A stretch of 46,999 bases of DNA from NCBI GenBank assembly GCA_007695205.1, contig REEF01000690.1:1-46999 (forward strand), given 5' to 3'. A program made the position numbers and the translations under genes. Of this stretch, positions 31,615-39,992 are shown piece by piece (the stretch's first letter is position 1; each line of letters begins with the position of its first letter). The stretch is from Planctomycetaceae bacterium. GTDB lineage: Bacteria; Planctomycetota; Planctomycetia; Pirellulales; Pirellulaceae. The notes under the pieces were generated by a model. That model was not told the origin of the DNA and made no database searches. It saw only the letters and a list, made by a program, of their open reading frames with translations.

Positions 31615-32775
31615 ATGAACGCACCTCTTTCCTCTTTTGAAAATCATCTGCCGCGGCGCGTTATCACCGGTCGCGGCATGAGCGAATCGCTCGTTGAAAT
31701 CTGCCGGGCGAATGGCTGGCGGCAAGTTTTCCTCGTCAGTGATGCGGGCGTGGCGGGAGCGGGGCTGATGCGGAAGGTTTCACAGCCCTTGCTCGATGCG
31801 CACTTGCTCGCAGGGTCGTTTGCCGAAGTGCCACCGGAGCCGCCCATCGATGTGGTGGACAAGATTGCGGAGCGCATCAAGGCCAGTGGTGCGGATGTCG
31901 TCATCGCGCTGGGCGGTGGTAGTGTGATGGACGCGACGAAGGTGGCGGCGCTCTGTGCGCGGCATGGGAAGACCGCGCGGGAGTTCCTCGGCATTCGGAA
32001 AGCGGGTGGGCGCGGATTACCGACCGTGCTCATTCCCACGACGGCAGGCACCGGCTCGGAGGCGACGTTTGTGGCGATCCTCACCGATGAGGCCACGGGA
32101 AATAAAGTCGGCGTGGTGGACCCTTGCATCCTCGCGGACATCGCCATCGTAGACCCCGCGCTTACGGATCGATTGCCGCCGCATGTCACCGCCGCAGCGG
32201 GTATGGACGCGCTGGTTCACGCGGTGGAGGCGTTCATCGCGAAGAACGCGACGCCCATCGCACGCGGCCTGGCGCTGGAGGCGGCGCGGCACATCGGACG
32301 CTCGCTGGAGGTCGTGTGCCGTGAGCCGGTAAACAAAGCAGCGCGCGACGGCATGGCCATCGGCTCGCATCTCGCGGGCATGGCATTCGCGAATGCGTCG
32401 TGCTGCGCAGTTCATGCGCTGGCGCTGCCGCTGGGCGGGCGTTTTCACATTCCGCACGGCGTCATCACCGGCTGTTTCGCGGGTGAAATGATGCGGCACA
32501 ACGCACCGGTGTGCGCGGAGGACTTCGCGGAGTTCAGCGCCGCGCTGGGCTGGGGCGCGCTGTCGCCCGAGGCGTTTGCGGACAAGCTGGATGCCATCGC
32601 TGACAGCGTCGGTCTGCGTGCCGCTTTGAAAATGACGCCGGTCCCTGCCGAGGTCATCCCCGCGATGGCGGCGGATGCGGTGGCGAATCGCCGCCTCATG
32701 GACCCCAACCCGCGGGATGTCACCGTGGCGGACGCCGCCCGAATCTACCAAACCGTTCTTTCGAGCCAACCATGA
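31615..32775 (+). CDS. Iron-containing (group III) alcohol dehydrogenase
   Basis: ATG 31615. Motifs: VIALGGGSVMDATKVAA, PTTAGTGSE, DALVHAVEAF and HALALPLGGRFHIPHGV. Confidence 0.85.
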   Translation: MNAPLSSFENHLPRRVITGRGMSESLVEICRANGWRQVFLVSDAGVAGAGLMRKVSQPLLDAHLLAGSFAEVPPEPPIDVVDKIAERIKASGADVVIALGGGSVMDATKVAALCARHGKTAREFLGIRKAGGRGLPTVLIPTTAGTGSEATFVAILTDEATGNKVGVVDPCILADIAIVDPALTDRLPPHVTAAAGMDALVHAVEAFIAKNATPIARGLALEAARHIGRSLEVVCREPVNKAARDGMAIGSHLAGMAFANASCCAVHALALPLGGRFHIPHGVITGCFAGEMMRHNAPVCAEDFAEFSAALGWGALSPEAFADKLDAIADSVGLRAALKMTPVPAEVIPAMAADAVANRRLMDPNPRDVTVADAARIYQTVLSSQP

Positions 32776-33002
32776 GTGCTTCCTTTCAAATCGCCGTGCT
32801 CGCTGGAGACGGCAGCGCCGCGCGGTGGATTCGATGGTTTACACCACGTTTGACCGAGGCAGCCGCCGCCATCGAGAGTGCCGTAGCCGCCAGCATCGCC
32901 GATGGACATCGCACGGGAGAGATCCGCGCGGCCAGTGATGCGCCAGCCCTCAGCACCAGTGAGATGGGCCAAGCCATCGTCACCCACCTCCTCCACCCAT
33001 GA
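32772..33002 (+). pseudogene. Internally deleted isocitrate/isopropylmalate-dehydrogenase-family mini-gene (76 codons)
   Basis: The N-terminus FQIAVLAGDG matches the family start (E. coli LeuB ..YHIAVLPGDGIG). The C-terminus IESAVAASIADGHRTGEIRAASDAPALSTSEMGQAIVTHL matches the family end (LeuB ..LERAVAKALEEGIRTGDL....VSTDEMGDII). About 280 central residues are missing. It has ATGA overlaps at both ends. Confidence 0.7.
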
Positions 33003-34477
33003 GCATGAAAACACTTCCTGATTTTTGGTTCGAGCCGCGTCCGTGGATGGACGGCCAATGGCATCCTGGCGGCGAAACCGTCACCATTCGCAATCCCGCC
33101 ACGGGGGAGAAAATCGCCGAGGTCTCGCGTGCGGATGCTGCGACCGTCGCGCTCGCCATCGAGGGCGCGGTGAAGGCTCAGCGCACCTGGCGCGAGGTGT
33201 CCGCAGTCGAGCGCGGCATGGTTTTGAAACGCACCGCCGCATTGCTGCTAGCGCGCAAGGATGAGTTTGCACGACTGCTCACCGCCGAGCAGGGCAAGCC
33301 CTATGCGCAGGCAGCGGGCGAGGTGGAGTATGCCGCCAGCTTTTTTCAATGGTTCGGCGAGGAGGCGCGGCGCGTGTATGGCCGCATCGCCGCGCATCCC
33401 GAAGCGGGGCGCGAGTTTTTCATCGAGCACAAACCGGCAGGCGTGGCCGGTCTCATCACGCCTTGGAATTTCCCCCTGGCTCAGGGCGCAAAAAAGGTCG
33501 CCGCCGCACTCGCGGCGGGCTGCAGTGCCGTGTGGAAACCTGCGGAACTCACGCCGCTCATCGCGCTCGCCATGGGACCGCTCATGCGTGAGGCGGGTCT
33601 GCCGGATGGCGTGCTGCAAATCGTGCCGGGGCGTGGCTCCGTGGTCGGCGCGGTGCTCGCGGAGCATCCGGCGGTGCGCGTGCTCAGCCTCACCGGTTCC
33701 ACCGCCACGGGCAGCGCGCTCATGGTCGCCGCCGCACCGGGCATCAAGCGACTCTCGCTCGAACTCGGCGGCAATGCGCCCTTCATCGTGCTGCCGGATG
33801 CCGACCTCGATTTCGTCGCCGAGCAGCTCACGCGTTTGAAGCTGTTCGTCTCCGGCCAGGTCTGCGTCACCGCGAATCGCGTTTTTGTTCACGCCGATGC
33901 CGAGGCAGCCCTCGCGGAAAAACTCGCCGTGAAAATCAGCGCCGCACGACTCGGCAATGGACTCGCTGATGGCATCGAAGCCGGGCCGCTCATCCATCGT
34001 CAGGCCTGCACGGAGGTCGGCGCACTCGTTGAGCAAGCGGTGGCCGCAGGCGCGGAAATCGTTGCCGAAAATCGCAGCTACGAAAGTGATGCGACTCTGC
34101 GCGACGGCAGCTTTTTCCCGCCCACCTTGCTCATCGGCGTGCGGGATAAGATGCGCGTGGCGCAACAGGAAATCTTCGGCCCCGTCATCCCGCTGCTGCG
34201 CTACACCAGCGTCACCGATGCCGTGCGCCGCGCGAACGAAACGCCCTACGGCCTCGCCTCGTATGTCTATGGCCGCGACCTCACGCAATGCCGCGCCGTG
34301 GCCTCCGCCATCGAGGCCGGAATCGTCGGCGTGAACGAATGGCGACCGCTGAAAGCCGAGATTCCCTTCGGCGGCATCAAACAGAGTGGCATCGGCGCGG
34401 AAGGCGGCGAAGAAGGCCTCCGCGAGTTCCTCGAAACCCAAGTCATCTCTATGCCGAAACCCATCATCGCATCATGA
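32999..34477 (+). CDS. NAD(P)-dependent aldehyde dehydrogenase
   Basis: Motifs: ITPWNFPLAQGAKKVAAALAAGCSAVWKPAELTP, the catalytic-Glu motif ELGGNAPFIV, the catalytic-Cys motif SGQVCVTANRVFV, and EIFGPV. Confidence 0.9.
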   Translation: MSMKTLPDFWFEPRPWMDGQWHPGGETVTIRNPATGEKIAEVSRADAATVALAIEGAVKAQRTWREVSAVERGMVLKRTAALLLARKDEFARLLTAEQGKPYAQAAGEVEYAASFFQWFGEEARRVYGRIAAHPEAGREFFIEHKPAGVAGLITPWNFPLAQGAKKVAAALAAGCSAVWKPAELTPLIALAMGPLMREAGLPDGVLQIVPGRGSVVGAVLAEHPAVRVLSLTGSTATGSALMVAAAPGIKRLSLELGGNAPFIVLPDADLDFVAEQLTRLKLFVSGQVCVTANRVFVHADAEAALAEKLAVKISAARLGNGLADGIEAGPLIHRQACTEVGALVEQAVAAGAEIVAENRSYESDATLRDGSFFPPTLLIGVRDKMRVAQQEIFGPVIPLLRYTSVTDAVRRANETPYGLASYVYGRDLTQCRAVASAIEAGIVGVNEWRPLKAEIPFGGIKQSGIGAEGGEEGLREFLETQVISMPKPIIAS

Positions 34478-36234
34478 AACTTCGCTCCGAACAATGGTGG
34501 AACGACCCGTCCAATCCGGGCATGACCGCGCTCTATCTGGAGCGATTTCTCAACTACGGACTCACGCCGGGAGAACTGCAAAGCGGGCGGCCCGTCATCG
34601 GCATCGCGCAGTCGGCCAATGACCTCGCGCCGTGCAATCGCGCGCATTTCCAGACCGTCACGCGGCTCTGCGATGGCGTGCGCGACGCGGGCGGCGTGCC
34701 CTTTGTCTTTCCCATGCATCCTTTGCAGGAGTCCGTGCGGCGGCCCACCGCGGCGCTGGACCGCAACCTCGCCTACCTCTGCCTCGTCGAGGTGCTGTAT
34801 GGCTATCCGCTCGATGGCGTGATATTCACCACGGGCTGCGACAAGACTACGCCTGCTGCGCTGATGGCGGCAGCGACGGCAGACTTGCCCGCGCTCATCT
34901 TCAATGGCGGGCCGATGCTCAACAGCTACCTCGATGGCGAACTCGCCGGAGCGGGCACCATCATCTGGGAAGCACGGCGCAGACTCGGCGCGGGCGAGAT
35001 TGATGAGAAGAAGTTCATGGACCTGCTCGCCGCATCCTCACCCAGCGCGGGCCATTGCAATGTGATGGGCACAGCGCTCTCGATGAACTGCCTGGCCGAG
35101 GCGATGGGTATGGCCTTGCCCGGCAGCGCGAGCATTCCCGCGCCGTATCGCGAGCGCGGACAGATGGCGCACGCGGCCGGGGAGCGCATTGTCGAGATGG
35201 TGCGTGAGGATTTGAAACCTTCGCAGGTCATCACGCGCACGGCGCTGCTCAATGCCATCCGCGTGAACACCGCGCTCGGCGGCAGCACGAACTGTCCGCC
35301 GCACCTGCTCGCCATCGCGCGACACGCGGGCGTGGAGTTGCGAATCCAGGACTGGGAAACGGCGGGCTACGACCTGCCGCTGCTCGTCAATCTCCAGCCT
35401 GCGGGCCGACATCTCGGCGAGGATTTTCATCGAGCCGGTGGCCTGCCCGCCGTGATGAAGGAGTTGCGGCGGCACGGCTTGCTCGATGGAGACGCCTTCA
35501 CCATCACGGGCCAAAGCATCGCCGCGAATGTGGCTGCTGCGCCCGCGCCGGACGGCGAAATCATCCTCACGGTGGAGTCGCCGCTGCGCACCCAGGCGGG
35601 CTTCCTCGTCCTGTCCGGCAATCTCTTTGAAGCCGCGCTCATCAAGACCAGCGTCATCAGTGAGGACTTTCGTCGCCGCTATCTCAGCCAGCCGGGCGAT
35701 GAGAATGCCTTTGAGTGCAAAGCTGTGGTTTTCGACGGCCCGGAGGATTACCACGCGCGGCTCAATGACCCCGCGCTCGCGATGGATGCGGACACCCTGC
35801 TCGTCATCCGTGGCTGTGGCACACTCGGCTTTCCCGGCAGCGGCGAAGTCGTGAACATGCAGCCGCCCGATGCGCTGCTGCGTGCTGGCATCAAAGAACT
35901 GCCCACGCTCGGCGATGGCCGCCAGAGCGGCACTTCCGCGAGTCCCTCCATCCTCAATGCCGCCCCGGAAGCCTACGCGGGCGGCGGACTCGCACGCCTG
36001 CGCACCGGCGACCGCGTGCGCGTGGATTTGAAAACACGACGCGTGGATGCGCTCGTGCCCAAGGCCGAATGGACCACACGCGACACCGCCGCCTTCGCCA
36101 CTCCACCGCCGAACGCCACGCCCTGGCAGCAACTTTACCGCAACCACGTCGGCCAGCTCCACACGGGCGCGTGCCTCGACTTCGCTTGCGAATACCGAGC
36201 CGTCTGCGCCACGGTGCCGCGGCACAATCATTGA
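34474..36234 (+). CDS. IlvD/Edd family sugar-acid dehydratase
   Basis: ATG 34474 overlaps the ALDH stop (ATGA). Motifs: RPVIGIAQSANDLAPCN, TTGCDKTTPAALMAAA, GHCNVMGTA, ALGGSTNCPPHLLAIA and LGDGRQSGTS. Confidence 0.9.
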   Translation: MKLRSEQWWNDPSNPGMTALYLERFLNYGLTPGELQSGRPVIGIAQSANDLAPCNRAHFQTVTRLCDGVRDAGGVPFVFPMHPLQESVRRPTAALDRNLAYLCLVEVLYGYPLDGVIFTTGCDKTTPAALMAAATADLPALIFNGGPMLNSYLDGELAGAGTIIWEARRRLGAGEIDEKKFMDLLAASSPSAGHCNVMGTALSMNCLAEAMGMALPGSASIPAPYRERGQMAHAAGERIVEMVREDLKPSQVITRTALLNAIRVNTALGGSTNCPPHLLAIARHAGVELRIQDWETAGYDLPLLVNLQPAGRHLGEDFHRAGGLPAVMKELRRHGLLDGDAFTITGQSIAANVAAAPAPDGEIILTVESPLRTQAGFLVLSGNLFEAALIKTSVISEDFRRRYLSQPGDENAFECKAVVFDGPEDYHARLNDPALAMDADTLLVIRGCGTLGFPGSGEVVNMQPPDALLRAGIKELPTLGDGRQSGTSASPSILNAAPEAYAGGGLARLRTGDRVRVDLKTRRVDALVPKAEWTTRDTAAFATPPPNATPWQQLYRNHVGQLHTGACLDFACEYRAVCATVPRHNH

Positions 36235-36268
36235 GAAAAATCCGAACCCACGAAAAAACAAACGACCC

Positions 36269-37126
36269 ATGAAACTCATCCGCTTCGGCACACCTGGAAA
36301 TGAAATGCCCGGCCTCATCCTCGATGATGGCCGCCGTATTGATGCGTCTGCTTTAGGCAGCGACTACGACGAAGCCTTCTTCGGCGGCGATGGCCTCGCA
36401 CGCCTCGCTGTCTGGGCCGAAAAGAATGCCGCCTCCGCTCCCACCATTCCCACCGACACGCGACTCGGCCCGTGCATCGCCCGCCCGAGCAAAATTGTCT
36501 GCATCGGCCTGAACTACGCCGACCACGCGAAGGAATCCGGCGCTGACATCCCGAAGGAGCCGATTCTCTTTTTCAAAAGCACCTCCTCCCTCGTCGGCCC
36601 AAACGATGAGATCATCATCCCGCGCGGCTCGCAGAAGACAGATTGGGAAGTTGAGCTGGCCGTCATCATCGGCAAGCTCGCAAGTTATGTCGCCAATGCG
36701 GACGCGATGCAGCACGTCGCCGGTTACGCATTGCACAATGACTACAGTGAGCGCGAGTGGCAGCTTGAGCGCGGCGGCCAGTGGGTGAAGGGCAAGAGCT
36801 GTGACACCTTTGCGCCGCTCGGCCCATTCCTCGCCACGCGCGATGAAATCGCCGAGCCGCACGCGCTGTCGATGTGGCTGAAAGTGAACGGCGTCACACG
36901 GCAGAACAGCAGCACCGCGCAGATGATTTTCGGCGTGCCGCAGCTTGTCAGTTACATCAGCCAGTTCATGACTCTGCTGCCCGGCGATGTCATCAGCACC
37001 GGCACGCCGCCCGGAGTCGGCCTTGGCTTGAAACCCACTCCCATCTTCCTCAAGCCTGGCGACGTGGTGGAACTCGGCATCGAAGGACTCGGCGAGTCGA
37101 AACAGCACGCCGTCGCCTGCCCATGA
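36269..37126 (+). CDS. Fumarylacetoacetate hydrolase (FAH) family protein
   Basis: ATG 36269 gives MKLIRFGTPGNEMPGLILDDG. Motifs: KIVCIGLNYADHAKE, PILFFK, DWEVELAVIIGK, GDVISTGTPPGVG. Confidence 0.85.
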   Translation: MKLIRFGTPGNEMPGLILDDGRRIDASALGSDYDEAFFGGDGLARLAVWAEKNAASAPTIPTDTRLGPCIARPSKIVCIGLNYADHAKESGADIPKEPILFFKSTSSLVGPNDEIIIPRGSQKTDWEVELAVIIGKLASYVANADAMQHVAGYALHNDYSEREWQLERGGQWVKGKSCDTFAPLGPFLATRDEIAEPHALSMWLKVNGVTRQNSSTAQMIFGVPQLVSYISQFMTLLPGDVISTGTPPGVGLGLKPTPIFLKPGDVVELGIEGLGESKQHAVACP

Positions 37127-37476
37127 CCGCACATCACCACGCCATGCATCTGCAAGACCAAGTCATCCTCATCACCGGCAACCTCGCCGACACGCTCGGC
37201 CCCGACCGCGTGCGCGTGAACCAGATGAACGTCGGCTGGACGCTCACCGACAACGAATACCAAACCAAACTCGGCGACGGCATGCGACCCGACTGGCCGG
37301 AAAAACTGCCGCTCTACGCGGCGCCATCCGGCAGCCTGCTCATGCCCGAAGACATCGCCGAAGCCGCGCTCTACTGGGTCAGTCCCGCCAGTCGTCCGAT
37401 CAGCGGCACCGTCTTCGAGGCGGAGCAATACCCGATGATTGGCCGCATCCCGAATCAAGAAAGCCAAGCCACATGA
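37123..37476 (+). pseudogene. Internally deleted SDR-family mini-gene (117 codons)
   Basis: LQDQVILITG (start of the Rossmann strand) is joined directly to the late SDR segment LADTLGPDRVRVNQMNVGW..T. and the C-terminal PEDIAEAALYWVSPASRPISGTVF. The TGxxxGxG remainder, NNAG and the Ser/YxxxK catalytic motifs are absent. It has ATGA overlaps at both ends. Confidence 0.65.
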
Positions 37477-38258
37477 ACACCACCCCCTTCAACCTCGCCA
37501 ACAAAACCGCCGTCATCACCGGAGGCGCGTCCGGAATCGGACTCGCCATCGCCAAACGCTTCGCCGCACATGGAGCCGCCGTAGAAATCCTCGACCTCCA
37601 ACAAGACGCGCTCGACACCGCCGTGACCGAACTTCGCGCCGCCGGCCACAGCGCGCACGGCGAGAGTTGCGATGTCAGTGAGCCCGCTTCGGTAGACGCC
37701 GCCTTTGCGCGCATCCTCTCGCGGCACGCACGCCTGCACATCCTCGTGAACAACGCCGGCATCGCCCATGTCGGCAACGCCCTCACCACCACGCCCGAGG
37801 ACTTCGCACGAATCCAGCGCGTGAACGTCAACGGCGTCGCCCATTGCACCCAGGCTGCGTTGCGGCACATGACCACGCAAGGCGGCGGCGTCATCCTGAA
37901 TCTTGCCAGCACTGTCGCTCAAACGGCCGTCGCCGACCGTTTCGCCTACTCCACCAGCAAAGGCGCGGTGCTCGCCATGACTTACTCCATCGCGAAAGAT
38001 TTCCTCGCCCAAGGCATCCGCTGCAACGCCATCCTCCCCGGGCGCATCCACACACCTTTTGTGGATGGGTTCATCGCCAAAAACTATCCAGGCCAAGAAG
38101 CCGAGATGTTCGACAAGCTCAGCAAAACTTTACCCATCGGCCGCATGGGCCAGCCCAACGAAGTCGCCACCGCGGCGCTCTTCTTGTGCAGCGACGAAGC
38201 CAGCTTCATCACCGGCAGCGCCTACCCCGTGGACGGAGGCACGCTCACGCTGCGGTGA
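37473..38258 (+). CDS. SDR family oxidoreductase (complete)
   Basis: Motifs: KTAVITGGASGIGLAIAKRF, NNAGI, YSTSKGAV, IRCNAILPG and ITGSAYPVDGG. Confidence 0.9.
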   Translation: MNTTPFNLANKTAVITGGASGIGLAIAKRFAAHGAAVEILDLQQDALDTAVTELRAAGHSAHGESCDVSEPASVDAAFARILSRHARLHILVNNAGIAHVGNALTTTPEDFARIQRVNVNGVAHCTQAALRHMTTQGGGVILNLASTVAQTAVADRFAYSTSKGAVLAMTYSIAKDFLAQGIRCNAILPGRIHTPFVDGFIAKNYPGQEAEMFDKLSKTLPIGRMGQPNEVATAALFLCSDEASFITGSAYPVDGGTLTLR

Positions 38259-38348
38259 GCAGATGGAAATGTCACAAAAACTGCTGCCATTCATTTCTCC
38301 TTTAGCAGCCCGCCCACTTGTATGTTGAAGGAAGGGAATAGATTAAAA

Positions 38349-39962
38349 ATGAGAATATGTGAAACCATGGCACCCATCCTAATCCTGTTTGCGGTTCTTT
38401 CGTCGTTCGCAGACGCCGCCCCGCGTCCGGAGCAACGCCCAAACATCCTCCTCGTCATGGTGGATGACATGGGCTACTCGGACCTCGGCTGCTATGGTGG
38501 CGAGATTCGTACGCCGACGCTCGACTCGCTCGCAGAAAATGGTGTGCGACTAGCGCGGTTCTACAACTGTGCGCAATGCTGTCCGACACGAGCGTCGCTC
38601 ATGACCGGGCTCTACCCGCATCAAGCTGGCGTGGGTGACATGAACGAACAGGGCGCGGCGAATGAATTGTGGCGGCGCATCGGCTCGCCAGCGTATCTCG
38701 GTTTCAAGAAACAGGGCGTCGTCACCTTGCCTGAGGCGCTACGTGAGGCAGGCTATCAGACTTTCATGGCCGGGAAATGGCATCTCGGTCAGGATGAATC
38801 CTGCTGGCCGGGGCAGCGCGGTTTTGACCGCCATTTCGCGCTCATCGGCGGAGCGTGCGAACAGTTCACAGGTTATCGCTCGTGGCAAAAAAAGGGGCCG
38901 ATCACCAAGTTCGTCCACAATGGTAAGCAGGTCGACAAACTCCCACCCGACTTCTACACGACCGACACTTTCACAGACCACACGCTACGTTTCATCGAGG
39001 ACTCCGACACCGCGCGGCCCTGGTTCGGCTATCTGGCTTTCACCGCACCGCATTGGCCGCTCCAGGCGCATGAGAGTGACGTGGCGAAGTATGCGGAAAC
39101 GTATCGCGCAGGCCCCGATGCCATCCGCCAGCGCCGTTTCGAGCGATTGAAGCAGCTCGGCCTCGTTCCCGAATCGGCTAAATTGCCTCAGCTCGATGCC
39201 ACGGTCACCGAGGAAGCCAAACAGGCCAAAAAGGAGCGCAACGAGCAATGGATGCGCAACTACGCGGCGATGATCGATCGAGTGGACCAGAACCTCGCCC
39301 GCATCGTTGAAACGCTGCGCAAACGCGGGCAGTTCAACAACACGCTGATCTTGTTCCTCAGCGACAACGGCTCGGACACCGTGCGCGGACCGTTGTGGGG
39401 TCAGGTGAGCAACACTCCATTTCGGCGATTCAAAGTGTCGGTCAACGACGGCGGTATCGCTTCGCCGCTCATCGCTCATTGGCCGAAAGGAATTTCTTCC
39501 CGCCAGCGCGGCCGAATTGTTGCCGATGTGGGGCACGTGATTGATATTCATGCAACCTGCCTCGACGCTGCGCGAGCCCAGCAGCCAACGTCGTTCCGTG
39601 GGCATAATGTGCTGCAACTGGAGGGGCAAAGCTTGCTACCAGCCTTTCACGGCACGGGAGCAATTCCTTCCGAACGTGTCCTCTGCTGGGAGCGCATGGG
39701 GAATGAAGCTGTGCGGCAAGGCAAGTGGAAACTAGTCCGTGGCTATGGCTCGGCAACTGTGGACGGAAACATCACATCGACCGGCCCGCGCAATGGCGAG
39801 TGGGAACTTTATGACACCACAACCGACCCCGGCGAAACGACAAATTTGGCAGCACAGCTCCCTGATCAAGTGAAGTCGATGACCCGTTTGTTCGAGACAT
39901 GGGCCACGCGAGTCGGCGTCGTCCCGCGCGAAAAAATCGTCAAGCAGATGCAAACGAAATAG
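38349..39962 (+). CDS. Arylsulfatase (Cys-type, S1 family)
   Basis: ATG 38349 (alternative 38367). Signal ..MAPILILFAVLSSFADA. Motifs: PNILLVMVDDMGYSDLGCYG, AQCCPTRASLMTGLY, GKWHLG, LAFTAPHWPL, LFLSDNGS. Confidence 0.9.
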   Translation: MRICETMAPILILFAVLSSFADAAPRPEQRPNILLVMVDDMGYSDLGCYGGEIRTPTLDSLAENGVRLARFYNCAQCCPTRASLMTGLYPHQAGVGDMNEQGAANELWRRIGSPAYLGFKKQGVVTLPEALREAGYQTFMAGKWHLGQDESCWPGQRGFDRHFALIGGACEQFTGYRSWQKKGPITKFVHNGKQVDKLPPDFYTTDTFTDHTLRFIEDSDTARPWFGYLAFTAPHWPLQAHESDVAKYAETYRAGPDAIRQRRFERLKQLGLVPESAKLPQLDATVTEEAKQAKKERNEQWMRNYAAMIDRVDQNLARIVETLRKRGQFNNTLILFLSDNGSDTVRGPLWGQVSNTPFRRFKVSVNDGGIASPLIAHWPKGISSRQRGRIVADVGHVIDIHATCLDAARAQQPTSFRGHNVLQLEGQSLLPAFHGTGAIPSERVLCWERMGNEAVRQGKWKLVRGYGSATVDGNITSTGPRNGEWELYDTTTDPGETTNLAAQLPDQVKSMTRLFETWATRVGVVPREKIVKQMQTK

Positions 39963-39992
39963 CTAGATAACATCCCCTCGGAGATAAAGCCA

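Noticed and set aside
31600-38300. Horizontal-transfer island inferred from higher GC content of the sugar-acid operon and the relic-rich region.
   Set aside because: This is based only on hand counts of a few 60-nt lines, which ranged from 28/60 to 43/60 and were also heterogeneous elsewhere (for example 42/60 at 22501). It is not robust without sliding-window GC/GC3 and codon-usage statistics, so it is mentioned only as something to compute.
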